A stretch of DNA of 64,000 nt from Mobula hypostoma. Lineage: Eukaryota. Both the position numbers and the translations under genes were made by a program. A model generated the notes under the pieces. It worked only from the letters and a program-made list of their open reading frames with translations, did no database searches and was not told where the DNA came from. The DNA is taken from the NCBI RefSeq assembly GCF_963921235.1, contig NC_086108.1, positions 11,532,001 through 11,596,000 on the forward strand. The letters run 5' to 3'. Shown here piece after piece: positions 24,161-36,519 of the stretch; positions within the stretch are counted from its first letter, which is position 1, and each line of letters starts with the position of its first letter.

Positions 24161-26329
24161 TAGAAACATAGAAAACCTACAGCACGATACAGGCCCTTCG
24201 GCCCACAAAGCTGTGTGGAACATGACCTTACCTGAGAAATTACCTAGGATTACCCATAGCCCTCTATTTTTCTAAACTCCATGTACCTATCTAGGAGTCT
24301 CTTAAAAGACCCTATCATATTCGCCTCCACATGGTCGCCGGCAGCCCATTCCATGCACTCACCACTCTCTGCATAAAATAGTTACCCCTGACATCTTCTC
24401 TGTACCTACTTCCAAGCACCATAAAACTGTGCCCTTTCATGCTGGCTGTTTCAGCCCTGGGAAAAAGCCTCTGACTAGCCACATGATTAATGCCTTTAAC
24501 AGGTCACCTCTCATCCTCCGTCACTCCAAAGAAAAAAGGCCGAGTTCACTTAACCTATTCTCATAAGGCATGCTCCCCAATCCAGGCAACATCCTTCTAA
24601 ATCCCCCCTGCACCCTTTCTATGGTTTCCACATGCTTCCTATAGTGAGGCGACCGGAACTGAGCACAGTGCTCCAAGTGGGGTCTGACCAGGGTCCTATA
24701 TAGCTGCAACGTTACCTCTCAGCTCTTAAACTCAATCCCAGGATTGATAAAGGCCAATACACCGTATGCTTTCTTAACCACAGAGTCAACTTGCACAGCA
24801 GCCTTGAGTGTTCTATGGACTCAGACCCCCAAAATCCCTCTGATCCTCCACACTGCCAAAAGTCTTACCATTAATACTATATTCTGTCATCATATTTGAC
24901 CTACCAAAATGAACCACCTCACACTTATCTGGGTTGAACTTCATCTGCCACTTCTCAGCCCAGTTTTGCATCCTATCAATGTCCCATTGTAACCTCTGAC
25001 AGCCCTCCACACTATCCACAACACCCCCAACCTTTGTGTCATCAGCAAATTTACTAACCCATCCCTCCACTTCTTCATCCAAAGAGTAGGGGTCCCAGAA
25101 CAGATTTCTGAAGCATACCACTGGTTTCCGACCTCCATACAGAATATGACCCGTCTACAACCACACTTTGCCTTCTGTGGGCTAACCAGTTCTGGATCCA
25201 CAAAGCAATTTCCCCTTGGATCCCATGCCTCCTTACTTTCTCAATAAGCCTTGCGTGGAATACCTTGTCAAATGCCTTGCTGAAATCCAGATACACTACA
25301 TCTACTGCTCTACCAACATAAATCTGTTTAGTGACATCCACAAAAAATTCAATCAGGCTTGTAAGGCATGACCTGCCTTTGACAAAATCATGCTGACTGT
25401 TCCTAATCATAAATGTTCATAAATCCCGCCTCTCAGGATCTTCTCCATCAACTTCCCAATCACTGGTCATTGGTAATTTCCTAGGCCATCTCTACTCCCT
25501 TCCTTGAATAATGGAGCAACTTTCGCAATCCTCCAATCCTTCGGAACCTCTCCTGTCCCCACTGATGATGCAAAGATCATCGCCAGAGGCTCAGCAATCT
25601 CTCCTTCACCTCCCACAGTAGCCCGGGGGTATGTCTCATCCAGTCCTGGTGACTTATCCAACTTAGTGCTTTCCAAAAGCTCCTACAATCCTCTTTTTTA
25701 ATATCTACATACTCAAGCTTTTCAGTCCACTGTAAGTCATCCCTACAATTACCAAGATTCTTTTCTGTAGTGAATACTGAAGCAAAGTACTCATTAAGTA
25801 CCTATGCTATCTCCTCCGGTTCCATGCACACTTTTCCACTGTCCTATTCTCTCACGTCTTATCCTCTTGCTCTTCACATACTTGTAGAATGCCTTGGAAT
25901 TTTCCTTAATCCTGTCCACCAAGGCCTTCTCATGGTCCCTTCTGGCTCTCCTAATTTTTTTCTTGAGCTCCTTCTTGTTAGCCTTATAATCTTCTAGCTC
26001 TGTATCATTACCTAGCTTTTTGAACCTTTCATAAGCTCATCTTTTCTTCTTGACTAGATTTACAACAGCCTTTGTACACCACGGTTCCTGTACCTGACCA
26101 TCCTTTCCCTGTTTCATTGGAATGTACCTATGCAGAACCCCACACAAATATTCCCTGAATATTTGCCGCATTTCTTCCGTACATTTCCCTGAGAACATCT
26201 GTTTCCAATTTATGCTTCCAAGTTCCTGCCTGATAGCCTCACATTTCCCCTTACTCACATTAAACGCTTTCCTAACTTGTCTGTTCCTATCCCTCTCCAA
26301 TGCTATGGTAAAGGAGATGGAGTTGTGAT
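24161..26329 (-). mobile_element. 5'-truncated CR1 LINE (RT), degenerate
   Basis: QHDFVKGRSCLTSLIEFF, VYLDFSKAFDKV, SKFADDTK, YRTLVRPHLE; (tagaaaca)n tail at 24161. Confidence 0.9.
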
Positions 26330-26715
26330 CGCCCCTTCATCTCTCCTGAGGGTGCCCACAAGGCATTAGGGCTATTTACCCATAACTAGGGATCTGGTTC
26401 ATGAGCACCATGGTGTGTCCACACACTGGCTGGCCTGCGTGGTACGTGTGCAGGACCCAGACCTCCTCTCCATCCGCTGTAGTTCAGCCTGAGTCCGAAA
26501 AGAGTTCAGTTTCTGTGTGTCGCCAGTGAGGAGGCACACCATGAGGCTTGCTGTTGGAGAGGCTTTGTACTCACAGGGAGAGACTTACACATTCAGCTCC
26601 CCTTTTCACAAGACTGCTAGCCAGCAGTGAAAACTGAAAGTGAGCACGACAAGCACTACTCACTACACCACCACACTAGATGCATCACAACAACTACTTT
26701 GAAATGTGGTTGTAG

Positions 26716-27587
26716 TGTTACGTAACAGGCAACAATGAATATCAATCGAGTCAGGTTATATGAAAACAACCAAACATTTATTAAACACGGATAAACAATA
26801 AAGCAGAAACGAAAACCTTAACTGGAAGTTAACCGCTATGCGGCTGTTCAGCAAATCGTCACTCTGTACTGATTCTTAAAGCGATAAATGCGAAAACAGT
26901 CCTTAAAGAGGTAAAGTCAAAATACTGTTCTTAAAATGGTAAATTCGAAAGTCCAACAGATTTATACATTCAATCGGGAGAGACTTCTCTGGAGAAGGAT
27001 TTCTTCACAGATGCAACTTTTCTGCTGGTTCTGTCCAATGGATTCATGATGAAGGAAATAAACAGGTTAAAGCAACTGACCTTAATTTCTAGAGAGCACC
27101 TTACATGAACTACCTTGCTCTTTCAGCAGGAGTTATCTTCGATGCAGGTCGCTCCTTCTTCAATGAAGACTCAATAAGTTTGATCCTTTATTAAACTGCC
27201 AAACATTCCCGACTTCTCTTAATCTTTCATATCCTGTACTTCGATAAAGTCTTCACTCTCCCATACTACTGAAAAAGGTACATCAACAAATCTGGCAGGA
27301 AGGATAAACTGCCAATCCAGCACTATTGTACCTTACAATAGAACATAAAACTCCGTTTTAAAAATGAAACTGCATCATAAAACAAATATGCAATGGGAAC
27401 AGAGACACTGACTAACGTTCTAGCTGGAAAACTAAATTGCGTCATCAGAGGTCTTCCTTTTTATACCTATGTTGAACATGTCATCACGTGACCTTACATC
27501 GGCGGGAAAATTACATCAGGTGATCTCCAAAAGACCATTACATGATTCTCACAAGAAATTCATAAGATCTCCTAGAAGTATGCAACA
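26716..27587 (-). mobile_element. Solo LTR, family A
   Basis: tgtta...caaca ends; 4-bp TSD gtag; homologous to 58801-60933. Confidence 0.8.
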
Positions 27588-27899
27588 GTAGTAGCACATG
27601 GTTACTTGAGTTACTGTCACCTTCTTCTGATTTGAAGCTGTCTGGCCATTCTCCTCTGACCTCTCTCATTAACACGGTGTTTTTGCCTGCAGAACTGCCA
27701 CTCACTGCATGTTTTTGTTTTTCACACCATTCTCTATACGCTGTAGAGACTGTTGTGCATGAAAATCCCAGGAAATCAGCAGTTTCTGAGATACTCCAAC
27801 CACCCTATCTAATCATTCAACAGTCAAAGTCTCTTAAATCACATCTCTTCTCTAGTCTGATGTTTGGTCTGAATAACAACTGAACCGCAAGAGGCCACT

Positions 27900-28895
27900 G
27901 TGGGTAAATCACTTGCTCCTCCTTGGAAGTCCCAGTGGCCAAACATTTTAATTATGGTTTCCATTCCTGTTCCAACATCGAGGTCGAAGGCGCTCGGCAG
28001 AGGATGGCACTCAGGAGTCTGTATTGGAGAGGTTGCTCGGAAGCTCGGAGTTTTCGGACGGATGGACTCAGGGTCGGCTGTGGTCAGCTGCTTCCAAGGC
28101 ATCGGCAAGTTGACGGTGCCTGGGGGTTTATGGCAGGGAGCTTCTCCCTTTTGCCGCCGCTATCGGGGACTCGGGAGTCGATCGACTCGGGACTTTGTGA
28201 CTATTTTTTTACTATGCCTATGGACTGTTCTTCATCAAATTATGGCATTGCTTTGCACTGCTGTAACTATATGTTATAATTATGTGGTTTTGTCAGTGTT
28301 AGTCTTTGGTCTGTCTTGTTTTCTGTGATATCACTCCGGAGAAACATTGTATCATTTCTTAATGCATGTATGCATTTCTAAGTGACAATAAAAGAGGACT
28401 GAGTGTTCTCATAATCTAAAAAACAACATCAGTCCTCTTGTATCAAGATGAGGCCACCCTCAAGGTGGAAGAGAAACACCTTATATTCCTTCTGTGTTAC
28501 CTCCAACCTGATGGCATAAATATTGATTACTCCTTCTGGTAAAAAAAAATCCCTCCACCAGTCAACTTCTTCTATTCCCCACTCTGGCCTCTTATCTCTT
28601 CTCACCTGCCTATCTCTTCCCCCTACATCCTCTTCACCTTCCCATTCTCTGATGGTCCCCTCTCCTCTCCTATCAGGTTCATTCTTCTCCAGTCCTTTAC
28701 CTTTACAACCCACCTGGCTTCACCTATCACCTTCTAGCTTATCCTCCTTGCCTCCCCCCCCCCACCTTTTTATTCTGACATCTTCCCCCTTCTTTTCCAG
28801 TCCTGAAGGAGCATCTCAGCCTGAAACATCAACTATTCATTCAATTCCATAAATGCTGCCTGACCTACTGAGTTCATCCAGCTTTTTCTGTGTGC
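27900..28895 (+). mobile_element. Penelope-like 3' end / pseudo-LTR, interrupted
   Basis: PVAKHFN motif, pyrimidine-rich tract and gatgctgcctgacct-like end shared with 59504-60751. Confidence 0.7.
27980..28423 (+). mobile_element. 5'-truncated copy of the 11036-11694 retroposon family
   Basis: Shared 3' end (aatgcatg...caataaaagaggactg...cataatcta); 7-bp TSD caacatc (27973-27979, 28424-28430). Confidence 0.8.
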
Positions 28896-28944
28896 TGCCA
28901 ATGATATTATTGTTGGGTTGCAGCACCACCAGACAAATCAATGT

Positions 28945-29906
28945 CACTGGACAAAAATTTTTTAAAGAAGTTGCTCCCTCAGAATTTTTTTTGTTTGTGA
29001 TAGACCCCTTGAAGCTGAATACAAATATAATTTCAGACTATTTGTATCACATAGGAATTTGGAGAACCAAGAATTAACTTTTATTGAATATCATGTATAA
29101 CTTTCATTGAATAAAATTGCATAACAGTTCTGACGCCTTGCAATAGTTCAACTAAAATAAAAATGTCTTGTTGACAATTTTCACTTGTATTCAGTATCTG
29201 AAGCTTCTCACTTTAGTATCCAACAATAATCAGCCAGCATTGATGGATTCCAGTTGCCCTGATACCGTTTCTCCATGACCGCAATGTCCCAGTGAAACCT
29301 TCCACCATGCTCGTCACTGACCTTACCAAAATTTACAGGGAAGAAGTCTAAATGGGAATGTAGAAAATGAATCTTTAGTGACATGTTGCACTTCATGGTT
29401 TTGTATGCTTGAAGCATGTTGTCAACCAGCTACATGTAGTTTGATGCTCTGTAGTTGTAGGTGCCATGAAAATTTTTGACACCATCCTTGAATGTCTTCC
29501 ATGTAATTTTCTCCGGCCCCACTAGAAGTTGTTCGAATTGTCTGTCATTGGTTTCCTGCTTGATTTGTGGACCAACAAAAATGCCTTCCTTAATCTTGGC
29601 ATCAGTTATTCTAGGAAACATCTGTCTCAAAGATCAATTTTGTTCATGGAAATCTATAGCCTTTCTAAAAGCTGTCCTCTCATGCAGCATCTGTACTCCC
29701 TAAGCATGTCCAAGCATACTGGACAAGTTAGAAAATTTTTCATCTTATACTATGGGCAGCATTTTAATTGACTTGAATTGTGAATTGATAGAACAAAGAA
29801 ATGATGCACGATAGGGAAATTTCATGCTGATTTTCATAATCATCAACCCAAAATCCATGAGATACACCCAAAAGTCTTCAGGAATTATAATCTTTGTTGT
29901 CCAGTG
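28945..29906 (-). mobile_element. Chapaev3-like DNA transposon remnant
   Basis: TIRs cactggacaa / ttgtccagtg; transposase fragments DAKIKEGIFVGPQIK and MSLKIHFLHSHLDFFPVNFGKVSDEHGGRFHWDI...MLADYCW. Confidence 0.7.
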
Positions 29907-30054
29907 TGCTTATCTGGATATTTGCTAATAGGCACATGCCTCTGATACCACAGGGTTCAGGTCTCTCACTCATCACTCTGATAGAAGTGTACAAGATTAC
30001 AAGAGACAGATCGAGTGGCTACCGAAAGACTTTGACTTGGTAATGTATTGGTTA

Positions 30055-30260
30055 GAACAACACTTTACAGTGTCAGCGAGGGTTCAATTCCCGCCGTTGC
30101 CTGTAAGGGGTTTGTACGTTCTTCCCGTGACCGTGTAGGTTTCCTCTGGGTGCTCCAGTTTCCTCCCACAGTTCAAAGACGTACCAGTTGGTAGTTTAAT
30201 TGGTCATTGTAAAATGTCCTGTGACTGGAAAGGCTTATTCCACGCTGTATCTCAATAAAT
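30055..30260 (+). mobile_element. HE1/V-SINE-like SINE
   Basis: B box GGTTCAATTCC followed by V-domain-like gtttgtacgttcttcccgtg...ggtttcctctgggtgctccagtttcctcccacag. Confidence 0.7.
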
Positions 30261-31187
30261 ATTGAAAGGACAAGATAGAGTGGATGTGAAGAGGATGTTC
30301 CAGTACTGGGGCAGTCTAGGACCAGAGAGCACAGCCTCAGAATACAGGGATATCCCTTTTGAATAGAGAGGAGGAGAAATGTCTTCAGCTAGAGGGTTTT
30401 GAATCTGTGGAACTCACTGCCACAAAGGGTCATTCAGGCCAAGTCATATTTAAGTTAACAAATTTTACTACATATGTTGGTGATATTAAACCTGACCCTG
30501 ATCCTGAATCTGAGAACGCAGCTTGATAGGATCTCAATTAGTAAGAGTGTTACAGAGAAAAAGAGAATGGAATGGGGTTAAGAGGGATAAAAAAAAATCA
30601 GCCATGTTGAAATGTCAGAGCATAGTCTATGGGCCGAATGGGCTGATTCTTCTATTATCCCTTATGATCTTGTTAGGGCGTATTCTGGAGATATGGAATA
30701 TGCAGAAGACACCGAGAGGGCATGACAGCAAGCTGTGAACAGCGGCTGAAGCTTAATGGTAACCGTACTCTGTAATGAAGGCTGGTTCTTGAAGGTAGAT
30801 GTTTAGTTTGTAGAGATCAGAATAGAGAGATGTTGGGGAAAATAGATGGGAAGCGGTCCAAGTTACAGCAGAGACATCAGGTTCCACAATCTTGTTGGGA
30901 TGGCAGGCAGAGAAAGAGAAGAAATTTCAGTGCCTGAAGGCAGTCATCCCAGCCTGAATGGGGAGAGAGTTCACAGTTCAAAGGAAATGTTATTATCAGA
31001 GTACATACATGTCACCACATGCAACCATGAGATTCTTTTTCCGTGGATATACTTAGCAAATCTATAGAAGAGCAACTGTAAACTATAAACAAACTGCAAA
31101 ATCAGATATTAATAAATAGCAATAAATAACAAGCATAAAGTAACACTATAACAGAGTCTTTAAATGAGTGTTGCTATCCCCTTTTAT

Positions 31188-32965
31188 AGTCATAGTCATA
31201 GTCATACTTTATTGATCCCGGGAGAAATTGGTTTTCATTATAGTTGCACCATAAATAATAAATAGTAATAGAACCATAAATAGTTAAATAGTAATATGTA
31301 AATTATGCCAGTAAATTATGAAATAAGTCCAGGACCAGCCTATTGGCTCAGGGTCTCTGATCCTCCAAGGGAGGAGTTGTAAAGTTTGATGGCCACAGGC
31401 AGGAATGACTTCCTATGACGCTCTGTGTTGCATCTCGGTGGAATGAGTCTCCGGCTGAATGTACTCCTGTGCCCACCCAGTAAATTATGTAGTGGATGGG
31501 AGACATTGTCCAAGATGGCATGCAACTTGGACAGCATCCTCTTTTCAGACACCACCGTCAGAGAGTCCAGTTCCATCCCCACAACATCACTGGCCTTACG
31601 AATGAGTTTGTTGATTCTGTTGGTGTCTGCTACCCTCAGCCTGCTGCCCCAGCACACAACAGCAAACATGATAGCACTGGCCACCACAGACTCGTAGAAC
31701 ATCCTCAGCATCATCCGGCAGATGTTAAAGAACCTCAGTCTCCTCAGGAAATAGAGACGGCTCTGACCCTTCTTGGAGACAGCCTCAGTGTTCTTTAACC
31801 AGTCCAGTTTATTGTCAATTCGTATCCCCAGGTATTTGTAATCCTCCACCATGTCCACACTGACCCCCTGAATGGAAACAGGGGTCACCAGTACCTTAGC
31901 TCTCCTCAGGTCTACCACCAGCTCCTTAGTCTTTTTCACATTAAGCTGCAGATAATTCTGCTCACACCATGTGACAAAGTTTCCTACCATAGCCCTGTAC
32001 TCAGCCTCATCTCCCTTGCTGATGCATCCAACTATGGCAGAGTCATCCGAAAACTTCTGAAGATGACAAGACTCTGTGCAGTAGTTGAAGTCCGAGGTGT
32101 AAATAGTGAATAGAAAGGGAGACAAGACAGTCCCCTGTGGAGCCCCAGTGCTGTTGATCACTCTGTCAGACACACAGTGTTGCAAGCACACGTACTGTGG
32201 TCTGCCAGTCAGGTAATCAAGAATCCATGATACCAGGGAAGCATCCACCTGCATCGCTGTCAGCTTCTCCCCCAGCAGAGCAGGGCGGATGGTGTTGAAC
32301 GCACTGGAGAAGTCAAAAAACATGACCTTCACAGTGCTCGCTGGCTTGTCCAGGTGGGCATAGACACGGTTCAGCAGGTAGATAATGGCATCCTCAACTC
32401 CTATTCGGGGCTGGTAGGCAAACTGGAGGGGATCTAAGTGTGACCATAGGCTGGAGCAGCTCCAGAACAAGTCTCTCCAGGGTCTTCATGATGTGGGAGG
32501 TCTACGCCACCGGTCTGTAGTCATTGAGGCTGCTGGGGTGCGGTGTCTTCGGCACAGGGACGAGGCAGGACGTCTTCTACGGTACAGGAACCCTCCGGAG
32601 TCTCAGGCTCAGGTTGAAGACATGGCGAAGTACTCCACATAGCTGAGGGAACAGGCTTTGAGCACCCTGGTACTGACACCATCTGGTCCTGCAGCCTTGC
32701 TTGGGTTGAGACGTTTCAGCTGTCTTCTCACCTGTTCAGCTGTGAAGCCCACCATGATGGTCTCGTGTGGGGAAGGGGTATAGTCATGAGAGCAGGGTGG
32801 GGGACTGTGAGGAGGGGTAGGAGGGGAGAGTGGAATATGTGTTGGTTGGGGGCCGACAACAGATGGCTCATGTGGGGGATGGGCAGGGGCCACAATGTCA
32901 AATCTGTTAAAGAACAGGTTAAATTCATTGGCCCTGTCCACACTGCCTTCCGCTCCTCTGTTCCT
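31188..32965 (-). mobile_element. 5'-truncated Rex1/Babar LINE, relatively young
   Basis: (agtcat)n tail at 31188; long RT frame; upstream frameshifts. Confidence 0.9.
31340..32470 (-). CDS. LINE reverse transcriptase domain (376-aa open frame, part of truncated ORF)
   Basis: DPLQFAY, FFDFSSAFNTI, GAPQGTVLSPFLF, KFSDDS, YKYLG. Confidence 0.8.
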   Translation of the reverse strand: MFWSCSSLWSHLDPLQFAYQPRIGVEDAIIYLLNRVYAHLDKPASTVKVMFFDFSSAFNTIRPALLGEKLTAMQVDASLVSWILDYLTGRPQYVCLQHCVSDRVINSTGAPQGTVLSPFLFTIYTSDFNYCTESCHLQKFSDDSAIVGCISKGDEAEYRAMVGNFVTWCEQNYLQLNVKKTKELVVDLRRAKVLVTPVSIQGVSVDMVEDYKYLGIRIDNKLDWLKNTEAVSKKGQSRLYFLRRLRFFNICRMMLRMFYESVVASAIMFAVVCWGSRLRVADTNRINKLIRKASDVVGMELDSLTVVSEKRMLSKLHAILDNVSHPLHNLLGGHRSTFSRRLIPPRCNTERHRKSFLPVAIKLYNSSLGGSETLSQ

Positions 32966-32999
32966 AGTTTGCCAGAATCCAGTTGCTAGTTTTTGTTCG

Positions 33000-33795
33000 A
33001 AAACCTGATGGTTGAGGGGTAGTAACTGTTCTTGAACCTGGAGATGTGTATCCTGAGGTACCTGTACCTTCTACCCGATGGCAGCAGTGGGAAAAGAGCA
33101 TGGCCTGGGTGGTGAAGATCTTTGATGATGGATGCTGCTTTTCTACGGCAACGTTTCATGTAGATGTGCTCAATGGTTGCGGGGGGTGGGGGGGCGGGCT
33201 TTACCTGTGATGTACTGGGCTGAATCCAGTACCTTTAGTACGATTTTCTGCTCAAAGGCATTGAGCACTGTAGTATCACAATAATATTTATATGATGGGT
33301 CCAGGACAGGTCCTCTGAGATAGTGACACCTCTCCACTTCTGATCCCCCAATGATTACTGGCTCATGGACCTCTGGTTTCCCTCTCCTGAAGTCTGTCAG
33401 GTCCTTGGTCTTATTGACATTGAGTAAAAGGTTATTGTTATTACACCACTCAACCAAATTTTTCACCTCCCTTCTGTATGCTAATTCATCACCACCTTTG
33501 ATTCAATTCACAACAGTGGTGTTATCAGCAAGCTTGTAAATGGTGTTGGAGCTGTACTTAGCCACACAGTCATAGGTGTAAAGCAAGTAGAGCCGGGGCT
33601 AAATACACCTCCCTGTCATGCTCCTGTGCTGATGGAGATGGTGAAGGAGTTGTTTTTGCCTATCTGAATTTACTGGGGTCTACAAGTGAGGAAATACAGG
33701 ATCCAATTGCAAAAGAGGGTATTGAGTTTACTGATTAGTTTTGAGGGGATGACGTGTTAAATGCCAAGCTGTAATCAATAAAGATCATCCTAATG
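33000..33795 (-). mobile_element. Old Rex/L2-type LINE 3' fragment
   Basis: LVEWCNNNNLLLNVNKTK; degenerate RT. Confidence 0.65.
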
Positions 33796-34007
33796 TAATG
33801 AATATTAATCACCATTGTCTTTGAGCTGTATTCATGAATATGCAAACATCTCAGGTCAATGGGGTGTTTCTTGGTTTGCAATCAATCTTAGACTGTAGCT
33901 CCAGGAAAACCATTGTTCTGAGCTTCATTATAAATTCTTCAATCCCCATTCAGACCTGAAGATTGCTTTGCTGTTGAAATTAATATTTGTTATATTCTGT
34001 AACTCTG

Positions 34008-34558
34008 GAATACTGGAGAAAGCATTCTTCTAGGGTGCATCACAACCTGGTATGGAAGTTGTCCTGTCCAAGACCGGAAGAAGCTGCAGAAGATCGTGAA
34101 CACGGTGCAGCACATCACACAAACCAATCTTCTGTCTGTGGACTCACTTTACACCACACGCTGTTGGAGCAGTGCTGCCAGGATAATCAAGGACACGACC
34201 CACCCAGCCAATGCACTTTTCGTCCCTCTTCCCTCTGGGAGAAAGCTCAGGAGCTTGAAGACTCGTACGGCCAGATTTGGGAACAGTTACTTTCCATCTG
34301 TGATAAGACTGTTGAACAGATCCTGACCCGGATCTGAGCCGTACCCTCCAAATGTCCGGACCTGCCTCTTGGTTTTTTTTTTGCACTACCTTACTTTCCA
34401 TTTTCTATTTTCTATTTATGATTTATAATTTAAATTTTTTTAATATTTACTATCGATTTGTACTCCAGGGAGCAGGAAGCACAGAATCAAATATCGCTGT
34501 GATGATTGTATGTTCTAGTATCAATTGTTTGGCGACAACAAAGTATAAAGTATAAAGT
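34008..34558 (+). mobile_element. Rex-type LINE 3' end
   Basis: IIKDTTHPANALFVPLPSGRKLRS; (aaagtat)n tail. Confidence 0.75.
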
Positions 34559-35633
34559 ACTCTCTAACAGTCTTATGGACTTTTTTTTCCCCAGAGCAGA
34601 AATGATTAGTAAATAAGAGTGTAATTTTGAGAGGAGGATGGAGGCATGTCTCTACCAAAGGAGGTGCAAGGCACTCCTCTCCTCCGCTAACATGCAGGTT
34701 ACATTTGGGAAAGGTGTAGCAGGGTTACGTGAAGCCATGGGATCAGGTGGTGGACGGTCGTGTGAGCAACCAGTGCATATCACAGGTCCTGGTTATGCCA
34801 CCACGGACGGCAGGCAAATAATCTCCAAAGTTTACTGATAATGGCTGGAGTCACCCGAACTGTAAAGGTACTGCCCAGAAGGATATGTGGATGATAGAAA
34901 AATGGAGGGCTATGTAGGTGAGAAGCATTAGATTGATCCTGGAGTAGATTAAGGTCGACACAACATCATGAGCTGAAGGGCCTGTACTATGTTGTAGTGT
35001 TCCCTGATCTTTTAAATAAGTAGTGCAAAAACAGAGCAAAATAGCGATGTCCATTCAGAAATCTGATGATGGAAGGGAAGAAGCTGCTCCTAAAACGTTG
35101 AGTGTGCGCCTTCAGGCTCCTGTACCTCCTCCCTGAATGTATCACAGTAATGAGAAGAGGTCATGCCCTGGGTGGCGGGGGTCCTTGATGATGAATGTTG
35201 GCTTTTTTGCAGTCAGTAGTAAATCAGGGACAATGCAGGTGAGAGCAGCGCTCTTAACAATGACAGCAACAGGAGGCGAATGCTGAACAAGAGTTGACAG
35301 ACAGTGGGGGACGGGCACCATTGCACTCTGAGGAAAACACTGACTTTTCACCTGTGACTTGCACTGTTCCTGTGGGTCGGGGTGGAGTGACCTCAGGCAG
35401 GTTGGATTTGGAGCCTCCTCTGAATATTAGGTACGTACAAGGAGCAGACAGCGGTGTGAGCTCACCTTGTGAAAGAACAGGACAGGGATGGGGGCCATTA
35501 CACAACAGAAACTCAAATGCAGTCAGTATAAATTCACACTGAAGTGGGAAAGTCATTACTACCTGACAGCATTTACATTTCCCAATGAGATCAGGAAGGC
35601 ATTTGTAAGCCATAAAATGTCAACTTGCAATGG

Positions 35634-35885
35634 TGTGTGTGAGACAGAGAGAGAGAGAGAGAGAGAGAGATGGGGATAAGAGAGAGTGAGAGAGTATGTG
35701 GAGAGAGAGTGAGAGAGAGACAGAGGGGGAGAGAGAGAGGGGCAGCAGAGAGAGAGGTAGAGAGAAGTAGACAGAAAGGGAGATAGAGTGAGAGAGCTAG
35801 AGGAAGGAGAGAGTAAGAGAGGGGTATTAGGGGATAGAGAGTGAGAAAGAGAATGAAAGGGAGATAGAGAGACAGATGCAGAGAA
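35634..35885. repeat. (GA)n / purine-rich low-complexity tract
   Basis: Directly visible. Confidence 0.9.
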
Positions 35886-36519
35886 ATCGAGTGACAGGAA
35901 CAGTAATAAATGGCTTGACAAGGACGTTGAAGGTGAGCTTTCTCTTTGTTCCCTCCACAGGAAAATAATTCTCTGACTCCTTGCAAGTTCAAACATATTG
36001 TGGAATCAATAAATGTCAACGAGTAGGAAAAGGTAATGTTTCCCTTACTAATGAGATAGATGAATTCTTGGCAAGAAATCCCATCTCAGTGTATGTGAAC
36101 CGATGCAGACACTGAAAGGTTCTGTGTTTGGGACATTCTCTTGCTGTCCATGACCAGTTGCGTGTTTACTTGCAGTTTATTTGAAATTACTTGAACGTCT
36201 GAATTTCACAATATCTAACGCTGTTTGATTTGTTTCTCTAGCAAGCGTTAAGATGCCAAGTCCAATATTAATATCTGTCTATAACTCTGGGTTCTGAATG
36301 CTTTTCCTCACTTTGAATTCTGAGGATGAACCCAATCTAGGAATACCTTTGGTGATTATTTCAAAGTACACCAGTCATGGAGATTCTAGTGTCAATTACC
36401 CAAGCCGAATATTTCTGGAAATTTGTTCCTCCCTGTCACTGTGTACAATGTGTTTTGGGGTGGATGTTGACTTTGGATGTAGATAAGCATCCTGGGTCGG
36501 GGGGGAAGGATACTTATAA

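Noticed and set aside
35559..36019. Ser/Leu-rich ORFs
   Set aside because: Artefacts of the (GA)n tract.
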